From NCBI GenBank assembly GCA_047967505.1, contig CM106538.1: 64,000 nt of DNA, one strand, 5' to 3'. Each line of letters opens with the position of its first letter. Within the stretch, counting starts at the first letter, position 1. This DNA comes from Dipteris shenzhenensis. Lineage: Eukaryota. Positions 26,694-39,900 of this stretch are shown here, in pieces. The notes under the pieces are model-generated. The model did no database searches. It was not told the origin of the DNA and saw nothing but the letters and a program-made list of their open reading frames with translations. Position numbers and translations under genes: made by a program.

Positions 26694-29600
26694 GTGTGTG
26701 TTTAGATTTAATAATCCCATCAATAAATGAACCATACAATCAATTCAATCACATAGAATAGCTTTAAAAATTATTTAGAAATTACACAGTTATGGAGAAT
26801 AAATACTTGAAAATCTTAAATATAGTTTTATTTCAGAAGTATAACAGCCAAACCTTGGTAGGGTTACAAAATAAGTACACAAGTGTCGAATCTGTTCGGT
26901 AGTCCAGACTCCGAGGTTAGGGTCCACTTACCTACCACCATCCAAACCAACCATTTGTTAGAACAACAAAGTTGAGCTTGGGTAGATAGGTAATGCCTGT
27001 ATTCCCTGGCTTGTTATCGCTTTACCTCTAAAAACTTGACCTAACCTTTCAGATCCTATAAGAAAGAAGAATTAACTAGATCAATTTAAGAATAAAAATT
27101 AAATGTACATAAATTGCTTGATTGGGAAATTCTAAATTAGAGAAAAAAATCCACATAATGCTAAGTGACCTATACAAGGTAGAAAATGGATCTCTATGAT
27201 AAGTGTAAAAAAGTGTTTTTTCAAATTTATGCCATAAGTAGATGTATACTCGAAATTCACATGAGCTTGGATCCATTGTTTTTGCACACAAAACTAGTAG
27301 TTAGAAATCAAAGGAAAGAGTAGCCATTACTAATTTGAGAAACAATTGTATGGTACTAGCCCAACCAAAGGCTAGCTGATCGCTTTACCTAAGAACTTGA
27401 CCTAACCTTTTAGATCTTATAAGAAAGAAGAATCAACTAATCAAAATGTACATAAATTGCTTGATTGGGAAATTCTAAATTAGAGCAAAAGATCCACATA
27501 TAATGTGTGATTACAAAACAAGGGGGCTAAACTGCACACATAAGAAGAAACATCATCCAAGTTAGACCAAGAGAAGAAACACGATCTTATGAGAAAAATT
27601 TAAACCTTTTTAAAGGGAGTAGTCCATACCCTTTTTAGAAAAAATTAAATATGGGGGGTAATCCTCACCCATCTTTGCACAACATGGGTGATTTTTTTGA
27701 GGTAAAATAAACCCATTTGCTTAAGAATTTCTATATGTATTAGTGGCAATTGATTGATTTAACCAACAAATAATTTAAGGCAATTTATTGATGGAAAAAT
27801 AGGGGAGAACATCTAACCAGGGGAATTGAAAAGATTGGTATTAGATGATAACTACAAAAAGCTAAAGGAATTACAATTAGGTGAGGGGAGTCATCCACAC
27901 CCTCCCTAAAAATAACCTAAAAGTATTAAATAAGGAACTATCCTTCATCATCTTTTTAACACATAAATTATTGTAATAGGTTCAAAAAAGGAAAATAAGC
28001 AACAAAAAACTAGTTAACCCTACAGTTGACTACACAAAAGAACCTTAAAAGGAATGGAAAATTAAGAGCACCTTTATGATAAGGTTTTTTAAAGAAAGAA
28101 ACGTGTCTAAAGCAAGTGCTACCACGCCTCATCACATAGCTTCAAAGAAAATGAAGACTCATGACAAGTTATCACGTAGGGTGGAAGCATGAAGTGAACA
28201 AGACTTAGAGATGGGAGTGATCAAGAATTGTACGCGTCATCCTTCGCAGTCTTGTCATGTGTGTTTAAGTTGCTACTCAATGGCGTGAACTAGCTTTGAT
28301 TACCTTTGCAGGTAAGCATCGTAGGGAAGCCATAAGGAGGCCATAAGGAAACCTATGGGTGATGGCCTTAGAGAAGCAAGAAGCTCGATGAACAGAATGA
28401 ATACACTTAATAAACATTGAAGTGCCAACTAGAGTAACTGTTAAACGGCTATGTCAATGAAGAAATGGTGAACCCTGCCAAGTCTTTATGCTATATGCCA
28501 AGTTGAAAAGATGAGTGAACTAATACCGAGCGATGAAAGCAAAATGGAGTAAGAAAAAATAGGTAACACATAAAGCAACGATATGCAAATGAATAAATGA
28601 TGGAACCTAAGCACGGCCAGTACCAAAAGTAATATGACATGGTGGCGGAAGATCTGTGAGAGAAGGGTGGTCCACTAAGAGGTTTGTTCAAGTCAGCCTA
28701 GATTCTAGTGACCAAAGAAGGTTGTAGAGTAGGACGAAAGTTTGCAAGGCAAAGAGCAAGAGGACGAACACCAAATAGGGTCGCAATTAGATGCAATGTC
28801 TAGCTTAAGAGGGAGTTGAAGCTACAAGGATGGAGGAGGAAAGGAAAAATAAAATCGACAAGGATAAAGAGAGTGAGTAGGAGGCATACGAAGATGGGCA
28901 CCTGAGATGGACGACTGGCTATAATGAGAGATTGTAGAAGTTTGTGGGGGTCTAAGGGCCAAAGTGCACATAAATAATAGCAGTGCTATGAGACGTTTGT
29001 ACCCTGTTTGTACAAGAAGCAAGAGGACAATTATGCGAGGGAAGGGTGGTAGTGGGGGTTAACTTTGTATATGCATGTTGGGATTAAGTCATAGGTGTGA
29101 GAGTCAAGGGTTTATGTGAGTGAAAGGGGGGGGGTGTGGGGGGGTATTATAGTGTGGGCAAAAAGGCAAAAACCGGGGGGGTATGAAGAGTATATGGTAT
29201 GAAGGTTAGAGGTGAGTTGTCGCACAAGATAGGAGTAAATTTTTATCAGGGGAATCAGACCATTAGTTAGAGTTTAAGGGAAGGGTGGGGAAAAGTAGAG
29301 GGGGTCCAACTTAAAAGACAAGGGGGGATTAAAGAGCCTAAATTATGGCAAAAAAAGAAAGGCTCTTCATACATATTGCATCAAACTGATGAAAGACAAA
29401 TCCTATACGGATTTACAAGGTAAATTAAAGGGTGCCATTAAGGTTAACATATTTGTGCAAGCACAAATTATGGGCAGAATCATGATTCAATGTGTGTGTG
29501 TGTGTGTGTTAGGGATTAACCCATGACAAAAAAAGAGGGGGACTTATCCTAAAAAGGCCATTGAGGGCTTCTAGATTACATAAATATTCAAAATGAGGTT

Positions 29601-29752
29601 GAAAAGCTTATGTACACCAAACATGAGATTCAATCAAGTGTAAAAAGAGTGATGTGTGGTTATGTGTGTGTGGTGTAAGTGGTCGTATGGCTGGGGGGGT
29701 AAAGGTGTGTGTACACTAGGAGCATTCTATGTAGTGGTAATGTGTGTGTGTG
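26694..29752. repeat. ~3 kb tandem-duplicated unit, copy A (no recognisable coding domain)
   Basis: Starts tgtgtgtttagatttaataat and ends ggagcattctatgtagtggtaatgtgtgtg. Collinear with 30062-33050. Confidence 0.9.
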
Positions 29753-30061
29753 TCCCACTCCCAACCCAGAGGGTAAGTCCACATGGTGGGGAGTTATCCC
29801 ACCATGTGGCACTTACTCCCCACCTAATAGTATGCTAAGTGACCTATACAAGGTAGAAAATGGATCTCTATGATAAGTGCAAAAAAATGTTTTATCAAAT
29901 TTATGCCATAAGTAGATGTATACTCGAAATTCACATGAGCTTGGATCCATTGTTTTTGCACACAAAACTAGTAGTTAGAAATCAAAGGAAAGAGTAGCCA
30001 TTACTAAATTGAGAAACAATTGTATGGTACTAACTCGACCAAAGGCTAGTTGGGAGATCAC

Positions 30062-33050
30062 TGTGTGTGTTTAGATTTAATAATGCCATCAATAAATGAA
30101 CCATACAATCGATTCAGTCATAGAATAGCTTTAAAAATTATTTAGAAATTACACAGTTATGGAGAATAAAAACTTAAAGAGCTTAAATATAGTTTTATTT
30201 CATAAGTATAACAACCAAACCCTAGTAGGGTTATAAAATAAGTACACAAGTGTCGAATCTGTCCGGTGTCTAGGCTCCGAGGTTAGGGTCCACTTACTTG
30301 CCACCATCCAAACCAACCATTTGCTATAACAATAAAGTTGAGCTTGGGTAGATAGGTAATGCCTATATTCCGTGGCTTGTTATCGCTTTACTTAAGAACT
30401 TGACCTAACCTTTCAGATCCTATAAGAAAGAAGAATCAACTAGATCGTTTTAAGACTAAAAATTAAATGTACATAAAGTGCTTGATTGGGAAATTCTAAA
30501 TTAGAGCAAAAAATCCACATATAATGGGTGATTACAAAATAAGGGGATTAGTCTGCACACATAAGAAGAAACATCATATAAAATAGACACCAAGAGCAGA
30601 AGCACGATCTTATGAGAAAAATTTAAACCTTGTTAAAGGGAGTACTCCACACCCATCTTTGCACAACATGGGCGATCTAGACAAATATTGTTTTTAGAGG
30701 GAAAATAAACCAATTTGCTTAAGAATGTCTACATGTATTAGTGGCAATTAATTGAGTTAACCAACCAATAATTTAAGGAGATTTATTGAAGGAAAAATAG
30801 AGGAGAACATCTAACCAGGGGAATTGAAAGATTGGTTTAAACAAGGAAAAAGATTTAATAAAAAATAAAAGAAATAGAATGAAAAAATTAAACCAAAACT
30901 TGTTAAGGAAGGGGAAAGGTGATTTAGTCCCAATAATTTAAGGAAACAACAACAAATTTCTCTATTAAACTAATTAGACAAAGAATTAAAAGAAATTGAA
31001 TTACTTTGAAAATAGCAATTTGGTTGACTCTTTGAAAACATTAATTTGAATTGATCACTTTACATTATACCGTAAGTTTTACTACAAAGGCAGTAAAGAA
31101 AATTTAAATTTAGACAATAATTAAGAAAAGAACTTTAAGGGACACCAAAATTAGATGATAACTACAAAAAGCTAAACGAATTACAATTGGGTGAGGGGGG
31201 TCATCCACACCATCCCTAAAAATAACCTAAAAGTATTAAAGAAGGAACTATCCTTCATCATCTTTTAATCCATAAATTATTGTAATAGGTTAAAAGAAGG
31301 AAAATAAGCAACCAAAAACCACTCAACCCTACAATTGACTACACAAAAGAACCTTAAAAGGGATGAAAACTTAAGAGCACCTTTATGATAAGGTATTTTA
31401 AAGAAAGAAACGTGTCTAAAGCAAGTACTACCATGCCTCATCACGCGACTTCAAAGAAAATGAAGACTCACGACAAGTTATCACGTAGGGTGGAAGCACG
31501 GAGTGAACAAGACTTGGAGACGGGAGTGATCAAGGATGATCAAGAATTGTATGCGTCATCCTTCTCAGTCTTGTCATCATGTGTGTATAAGTTGCTACTC
31601 AATGGCATGAACCAGCTTTGATTACCTTTGTAGGTAAGCATCGTAGGGAAGCCATAAGGAAAGCTACAAGTGATGGCCTCAGAGAAGCAAGAAGCACGAC
31701 GAATGGAATGAATCCCATTAATAAATGTCAAAAGTGCCAACTAGAGTAATTGTTAAACGGCTATGTCAATGAAGAAATGGTGAACCCCCCCAAGTCTTTA
31801 CGCTATACGCCAAGTTGAAAAGACCAGTCAACTAATACCGAGCGATGAAAGAAAAATGGAGTAAGAAAAAAGAGGTAACACGTAAAGCAACGATATGCAA
31901 ACAAATAAATGATGGAACTTAAGCACAGCCAGCACCAAAAGTAACATGACGGGGTGGCAGAAGACCTATGAGAGAAGGGTGGTCCACTAAGAGGTTTGTT
32001 CAAGTCGGCTTCGATTCTAGTGACCAAAGAAGGTTGCAGAGCAGGACGAAATTCCGCAAGGCAAAGAGCAAGAGGACGAACACCAAATAGGGTCACAATT
32101 AGATACAATGTCTAGCTTGAGAGGGAGTCGAAGCTACAAGGATTGAGGAAGAAAGGAAAAACAAAATCGGCAAGGATAAAGGAGGGATAAAGAGAGTGAG
32201 TAGGAGGCATACAAAGATGGGCACCTGAGATGGATGATTGGCCATGATGAGAGATTGTAGAAGTTTGTGGGGGTCTAAGGGCTAAAGTGCACATAAATAG
32301 CAGTGCTATGAGATGCTTGTACAAGAAGCAAGAGGAAAATTATGCGAGGGAAGGGTGGCAGTGGCGTTAACTTTGTATATGCATGTTGAGATTGAGTCAT
32401 AGGTGTGAGAGTCAAGGGTTTGTGTGAGTCAAAGGGGGGGGGGGTATTATAGTGTGGGCAAAAGGGCAAAAAACCGGGGGGTATGAAGAGTATGTGGTAT
32501 GGAGGTTAGAGGTGAGTTGTCGCACAAGATAGGAGTAAATTTTTATGAGGGGAATCAGACCATTAGTTAGAGTTTAAGGGAAGGGTGGGGAAAAGTAGAG
32601 GGGGTACAATTTAAAAGACAAGGGGGGTTTAAAGAGCCTAAATTATGGCAAAAAAAGAAAGGGTCTTCATATATATTGCATCAAACTGATGAAATACAAA
32701 TCCTATACGGATTTACAAGGTAAATTAAAGGGTGCCATTAAGGTCAACATATTCGTGCAAGCACAAATTATGGGTGGAATCAGGATTGAGTGTGTGTGTG
32801 TGTGTGTTAGGGATTTACCCATGAGAAAAAAAGGGGGGGACTTATCCTAAAAAGGCCATTAAGGGCTTCTAGATTACATAAATATTTTAAATGAGGTTGA
32901 AAATCTTATGTTCACCAAACATGAGATTCAATCAAGTGTACAAAGAGTAATGTATGGTTATGTGTGTGTGTGTGTGTAAGTGGTCGTATGGCTAGGGGGG
33001 TAAAGGTGTGTGTACACTAGGAGCATTCTATGTAGTGGTAATGTGTGTGT
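30062..33050. repeat. ~3 kb tandem-duplicated unit, copy B
   Basis: Same start and end motifs as copy A. Has an extra AT-rich ~310 bp (about 30835-31150) and lacks the internal module at 27158-27376. Confidence 0.9.
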
Positions 33051-33052
33051 TT

Positions 33053-33455
33053 GTAGCTACATCACATCCATAGAAAGAAATTATTAGTCTTCCTTGTCAA
33101 TGTTAGTGCACTATGGTGTTCTCTTAGCCCATCTCTTTGTGCTCTCTTCCAAACAACGAGTATATTAAGTCTTACCTTCACATTCAAGGATTGGCATGAA
33201 GCTTGTCCATTCACTCAAAATAAGTCACTCCAAAAGTTGTTTTTATGTGAAATTGAGTGTGTAGCTACATCACATCTATAGAAAGAAATTATAAGTCTTC
33301 CTTGTCAATGTTAGTGCACTATGGTGTTCTCTTAGTCCCCTCTCTTCCAAACAACGATTATATTAAGTCTACCTTCACATTCAAGGACTGGCATGAAGCT
33401 TGTCCATACACTCAAAATAAGTCACTTGAAAAGTTGTTTTTATGTGAAATTGACA
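33053..33455. repeat. ~200-bp tandem pair; partial third copy at about 41950-42085
   Basis: gtagctacatcacat...gttgtttttatgtgaaattga repeated at 33053-33257 and 33260-33453. Confidence 0.85.
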
Positions 33456-33637
33456 ATTGAGATAACTTATAATGATGTAACCCCCTTCTCTCTGAATAGC
33501 TCATAAGCAACTTGATTGACCTAGCCATAACCTTAGTATGACCATGATCTCCATAGAAGTAGCATCGGATCTATGGTGGTCCTTGGATCTTACCTTTTTC
33601 ATTTTCACCTTTGCCTTTGCCTTTGCCATATAGGTTC

Positions 33638-33925
33638 TGTTGTTACAGAGCATGGAAGCAATAGAAGATAGACACAATGAAAAGAAGTGCTCATAGAATG
33701 AAGAACTATGAGAGCCATATGTAGGGCATCTCTACATGATCACTGACATCATCGATGACTTCAGAGCTCCACAATCATCTCCTCAATTTGCTCCTAGATT
33801 CTCTCAATCATCCTATGTGGCTCTCCACCACCTAACTGTGCTTGTGGGCACCTAACTGTGCCTCTAGCACTCACACATAGAAACATAAGGTGTGCCTGAG
33901 GCATACACCTTGAGATATCCCAACA
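33638..33925 (-). repeat. 3' LTR of the non-autonomous element
   Basis: TG...CA termini (plus strand tgttgttac...atcccaaca), adjacent to the PPT. Confidence 0.92.
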
Positions 33926-34421
33926 AACCCCCCCTCAAGGAAATGCCTCAGGCTATGTCAAGGATACATCTAGTCTCATAGTTTCTCATGCCATCTCATG
34001 GTGGTCAAGGATAAATCTATGGCTAGGTTCTCATGCTAGCAAGGGTTCCCTTGGGTGTAAGGTAAACAAAAAGGGATACAGAAAGACCTTCCAATGGTTA
34101 TCTCCCCTACATGTACATGCACACAATGTCTGCAGGAGGTACCATGGAACAAAACATACACATGGCCTACATCATAAGGTGACCAGAGGTGTTTACAAAA
34201 CACACAAAACACAATAGTTTATTTTCATTCATTTTGGAGGACTATCCAGGCTGAGTACCTTGACATAAAAAGAGAGATCTGGAGCATACATAGAGATGTG
34301 TTTTAAATGCATAATCTTCAAAGGATGCCTCATCTTGTGGAGGCTCATTAACTGTAAGTAGATTGTCTTTGAAGTTGCTTCCTTTTTGGCTCTGCAAAGA
34401 AACATTGGTGTCAACTATGGG

Positions 34422-34850
34422 CTGTGTGAGCATCACCATGTCCATTATGTCTTTGGCAGTTGTATCATAGACACCACTAGAAAAAATAAGAACACTTTCT
34501 CGAAGACCATCCGTTATAGCTTGGCGCTCCTGTGCGACACCCATACCAGCTAGATACTTGGACTCTGCTTCACCTTCTACCCGTTTTACTTGGAGAATCT
34601 TCTCAGAGTCTCCTTTATACTCAGATGCCACTCGTAACCTTTGAGCGGCATTGATTTCATTCATAGCCCGCCTGACTGCAGCATCTGGTATGATATCAAC
34701 TATCAAAGTCTGTTCTATGCTGTAACCGTATGCACCCATCACCTTCTCAAGCTCTTCTGAGACAGCTTTAGCAACTTCACGCTTTTGCTCAAAGAGATCA
34801 TCTAAATTCATTTTCGGTACACAAGCTCTGACAACATTAAACACATATGC
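34422..34850 (-). pseudogene. HIR4: Uninterrupted fragment of a hypersensitive-induced reaction protein (SPFH/band-7, HIR4-like) inside the LTR element
   Basis: [73 protein letters not shown]...[37 protein letters not shown]...[10 protein letters not shown] matches the plant HIR central/C-terminal region. [15 protein letters not shown] and ITDGLRE are HIR4-type. Both termini are missing. Confidence 0.88.
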
Positions 34851-35673
34851 TTCACATGCGACTACTTTTGTGAAAACGAATTGCAGCAGCTGGTTGCAAT
34901 GCAGGAAAGATGTTTTCAAGGGGAACGCGATGCTCTCCGAGAGGCTTAATGCTCTTGCCCAACACGATGCTACCTGATTAGATGCAGCACTCAATACTCA
35001 GATCAATGATGCGGTGATTGCCAGAAGCGCTAGCTACAACTGAAGCAAGCCTTAACTGGAAATCATCACCCAGGTCAGACTACGCTCCTCGCCTGTATCT
35101 GAAAAAAATCGAAGCCCAATGGGTGCAGGTGAACCGCTTGAGGTACACGGAGCAGTCTCGTTGAGAGCTCAGTTATTAAACATGGAGGCCCGAGCGTTCC
35201 AACCACCGTGTAGCATTTGCAACTTATAGAGAATTAGCATTCACTGCTTGAAGAGCAAGATGAAAAGGCCAGCAACAGGGAGATGGAACATAGTTGAATT
35301 GCATAGCAGTGCGCAAAGAGGAAGCTGAAGTTCTAGAGCGCCGATCATCGAAGGATCAAGTCTTCACGCCTATGTGGAGCAGAGCTACGTTGAGCAGATA
35401 GTCTGCTATAGATCACGGGTGCAGCATGCGGAATCAGGGTGGAAAAGAACGTCGGAAGTGGAGCTTGTACAGCCACGCTTGTGTTGCACCTGTCTTCGTC
35501 AAATGCTTCTCTAATACTTTCTTCTGTTTTGTTATTTCGTCTCTCCTGCTCACAGGTCTACTGTAGATCGAGCTCAAGGTCTTCATGTTGGAGATGAGGC
35601 AATGGAAGAAGAGGGAGAGAGCCACAAGAAGAGTGACATTGAGCTCAAGGAGGATAGAACCGCTCTGATACCA

Positions 35674-35961
35674 TGTTGTTACAGAGCATGGAAGCAATAG
35701 AAGATAGAGACAATGAAAAGAAGTGCTCATAGAATGAAGAACTATGAGAGCCATATGTAGGGCATCTCTACATGATCACTGACATCACTGATGACTTCAG
35801 AGCTCCACAATCATCTCCTCAATCTGCTCCTAGATTCTCTCAATCATCCTATGTGGCTCTCCACCACCTAACTGTGCTTGTGGGCACCTAACTGTGCCTC
35901 TAGCACTCACACATAGAAACATAAGGTGTGCCTGAGGCATACACCTTGAGATATCCCAATA
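35674..35961 (-). repeat. 5' LTR of the non-autonomous element
   Basis: Copy of 33638-33925 with the terminal ...caaca changed to ...caata, adjacent to the PBS. Confidence 0.92.
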
Positions 35962-36150
35962 GGTTCCATGATCTCCATAGAAGTAGCATCGAATCTATGG
36001 TGGCCCTTGGATCTTACCTTTGTCATTTTCACCTTTGCCTTTGCCTTTGCCATATAGGTTCCATTAATAAATCCATGGGGTCGCATGATGTATTGTACGT
36101 AATTAGAGAAAAATAAACAGGGGGCAGGGGAGGGGGGAAGGAGGGGGGGT

Positions 36151-36888
36151 TGTAAGAAAACAATACAACTTTTTTGCTCAACAGATAACAGGATCTCGTA
36201 TGCAAGAGAGAAAAGCTGATAGTATGGAGAATCAAAAATTTGATTACTATAAAACTAATACAATAGATGGCATTATCTCCCAGCCGTGCGCTCCTATGTG
36301 AGAAGCTTCGATGGCATGCTAGAAACAGTAGAGGACAGAGGCTGGATGCTAAGGAATCAGGGTTGCTGTAGCTAGTGATGATAATTGGCTTCACGGGCTT
36401 CCTCTTATATAGCCACCACTCGTAGTCAGTTAGACCCAATTGGGTGACCGGACCCAGTTCACCCAAGACGACCGACTAGAGGTCTCGGTCCTGAAATAGG
36501 CGATGTCGACCACACAATAGAACCGTGGCACAGAATAGAGCAACTCACCTACGATATCCATTTGGACTAGAGCCATCCAGGATCATTTGGGGCTCCAAAC
36601 AGGCCCTGCAACCTGAGAGTGGGCTGCATCGGGAAATGCTCTGTCTACCCTCAGTGTGGTCAGTCATGGGATGCCTTCCCGCACTTGCATGTAGCCTAGT
36701 TGGTAGTGTGCCAACTCTATCTGAAGCCGTCTAGCCATCACGCCACACATGGCCCCCATCTGGTGTCCAAACCAGGACCTACCGGATAACCGAGCTACTC
36801 AAATGCCTTCTCCTCATATGGGGGGCTTACAAGTAGAGTTAGCTGGTTCCCGCATAGTTACATGAGAGTGGAGCATTGATATCTAACA
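36151..36888 (-). repeat. Copia 3' LTR (738 bp)
   Basis: Plus strand tgtaagaaaa...gatatctaaca; homologous to 40956-41662. Confidence 0.93.
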
Positions 36889-36918
36889 CATCCCCTCAAT
36901 GTCCACCTGCAAGTGAAC

Positions 36919-39900
36919 TTACTTTTTCGGCCCAATGCCAAGTCGATGAAGATGCCTCTCCAGCAAGTCTCTTCCAAGAGCCTTCATGAAGATGTCTGCA
37001 TCATTCTTTGTAGTCGAACAGTACACCAAGTCGACCTCTCCATCCATGATGAGCTCGCGTAAAAAGTGATATTGAATCTCAATGTGTTTTGTGCGAGCGT
37101 GGAACACAGGGTTCTTGGCAATTGCCATGCAACTCTGATTGTCACATGATAACTACGTAGGCTTGTTCTGCACTGCACCCATGTCCCCTAAAATCCTCCT
37201 CAACCACACTACCTCACAAGAAGCAAAACATACTTTTTTTACTCAGCCTCGGTAGAAGAAAGAGCAACTGTAGGTTGCTTCTTGTTGACCCATGACACAG
37301 CTCCAGATCCAAGTGAGAAATAGTAACTTGTCACTGATCTCCTGCTGTCCACATCTCCTGCCCAATCCAAGTCATAGAATCTAGTCAAGATGTTGCCCTT
37401 GGTATAGGTGATGCCATAATTAAGTGTGCCTTTGATGTATTTTAGCACCCGCATCCCTGCCCTCCAATGGTTCTCTCGGGGCTTATTAGAAAACTTGCTT
37501 AATACACCAGTCGCAAAGCTGATGTTCGGTTGCGTGTTGCACAAGCAAATCAAAGTGCCCACAAGCCTTCTGTACTTTGCTTCATCCACCAATGGTGATG
37601 AATCCTCATTTGAGAGCTTCATGTCAACCTCCATAGGGGTGCCAAATGTCTTGCACTCAGCGATGTCAAATGCCTTCAGTATCTCTCCAGCATACTTCAA
37701 CTGTGAGATGAAGATCTGTCTTGCCAAACTTCAATCTCCAAACAGAAATGCATCAGTCCGAGGTCTGTCATTTCAAACTCTCTTCCTAGCAACTACTTTG
37801 TCTACGAGATCTTCTCTTCATGGTTCCCTATTATGACAAGGTCGTCCACATAAAGGACCACGATCATACACCTACCTCCTTCTCTGTAGATATACAAATT
37901 TGCATCAGATGGGCTCCTCCTGAACCCGTTTTGTAGAAAGTAGGCATCAATCCGCTGGTACCACGCTTGTGGGGCCTGTTTCAGCCCGTAAAGTGCCTTC
38001 TTCAGTTTATAGCTTTACCTTCTGAATCGGGGATCACAAAACCTAGTGGTTGTTCCATGTATACCTCCTCCTTGAGATCTCCATTCAGAAAGGCGGATTT
38101 TACATCCATTTGAAACACGGGCCAACTGCTGCTAAAGCCAAAACATTGCAAATTGTGGTTAGTCGAGCTGTGGGAGCAAAAGTATCCTGATAATCAAAAC
38201 CATGTACCTGTGCAAATCCTTTTGCCACGAGCCGAGCCTTATAGTTATCCAATGTCTCGTCGGACTTGTACTTGGTCTTGTACACCCGCTTGGTACCGAT
38301 GACCTTGCGTTTTGGTGGTCGATCCACAAGGTCCCAAGTGTTGTTCTTCATTATGGAGCCATACTCCGATTGCATAGCCTCCATCCACCTATCATCACCC
38401 TATGCCTCTTCAAGACACTTGGATTCTTCAGAACGGATCACCTCTATTATCAAAGCGTACTTGACCAAGTGTTCCTGCGCCCTTCTTTGCTCCTCTAATC
38501 TCTTGGACCGGCGGTGTTCGGATTGTTCCTCCTCAATGGTTGGAGGTTCTCTGCCATCCAAAAGCTGCTTTACCCACTTCAAGAATGGCCATTGCCATCG
38601 TGGTTCTGCAGGCTCTTCTTCCTCTTCTTTATCTTGAATCCTCCCAAGCACTGTTGTGGGGGAGTTTGGTCTACTGTTGGTGGTTGTACTGGATGGATAT
38701 TTTGGTCTTGGTTGTCTGGGAAGGAAGCATCCTCCAATTGATGCGGCTGTTCTAAGAAGATCACATCACGACTTACTATTACCTTCTTGGTAACCAGATT
38801 ATAGAGACGGTAACCCTTCGCCTCTTCACTGTAGCCCGAGAAAATACACTTCCGGCTCTTTGGTTCCCATTTGATCTTGTTAGCATCAGGGACATGCACA
38901 AAAAAGTCACATCCAAAAACTCTAAAATGTGCAACTGAAGGTTTCTTACCAGAAAAGGCCTGCAGTGGAGTCATCCCGTTCACAGCTTTCGTGTAGCTAC
39001 GATTCAGAATGTAAACTGCCGTGTTACATGCTTTAGCCTAGAAAGTCTTTGGCAAATCTTTCCCTTTCATCATACTCCTGCCCATTTCGCAGATGATGCG
39101 CATCTTGCGCTCTGCTACTCCATTTTGCTGTGATGTATGTGGCGGGGGTTTCTGCCTCTTGATCCTGTGAATTTTGTAGTAACTTTCGAATTCACTTGAT
39201 GTGAACTCACCACCTCTGTTTGATCTCAACTTCTTCACCTTCCTTCCCGTTTCTTTCTCGACCATTACATGCCATTCTTTGAACTTACTAAAAGCCTCAT
39301 CTTTAGTCTTCAGGAAGTATATCCATATCCTTCTACTATAGTCATCGATCAACGTCATGAAGTAGTAGGGACCACCCAAAGCTTTTGTCTCCATCTTTCT
39401 GTAGAGGTCCATGTGAACGAGCACTAGAGGAGCCTTTGCCCTACCGGCCTCTTTAGGAAAAGGCTGCCAATGCTGCTTGCCCATCATGCAAGCTTCACAT
39501 ACATCGGGAAGATCTGTAATTTCTGGTAGGTCTGCAATCATTCCACTTTTATGCATCTCCTTTAAAGAACTAAGGTTTAGATGACCAAACCTCTCATGCC
39601 ACAGCTTAGTGTTGCCTCACATCGGCTCGAGCATTGAAAGCTGAGAGTTCATAGATGTTGTTGCACCGTGTACCTTTACCAATGACATTCCCTTGAAGAT
39701 CCAAAATCTGTGTGCCATTCTTATCGAAGTGAACTTTGAGGTCCCGATCCGTGATCGTAGAAATGGACAACAAGTTCCTCTTGATTTCTGGCACATAAAG
39801 AACATCAGACAACTCTTTTGCAACTCCATCTGACTTGAGAGCAATCGTACATTTTCCTTTTGCTGGACATTTTGCATCATTGCCGATTGCTACCAGGATG

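Larger units (their letters stand above)
33638..35961 (-). mobile_element. Intact non-autonomous LTR retroelement (TRIM/LARD-like, 2324 bp) carrying a captured HIR gene fragment
   Basis: LTRs at 33638-33925 and 35674-35961 (288 bp, 5 differences). TSD GGTTC at 33633-33637 and 35962-35966. PBS TGGTATCAGAGCGG at 35660-35673. PPT CCTTGAGGGGGGGTT at 33926-33940. No RT or integrase inside. Confidence 0.92.

Noticed and set aside
34242-34994. A bona fide host HIR gene
   Set aside because: Lacks both HIR termini and an upstream ATG, and lies between LTRs with a TSD.
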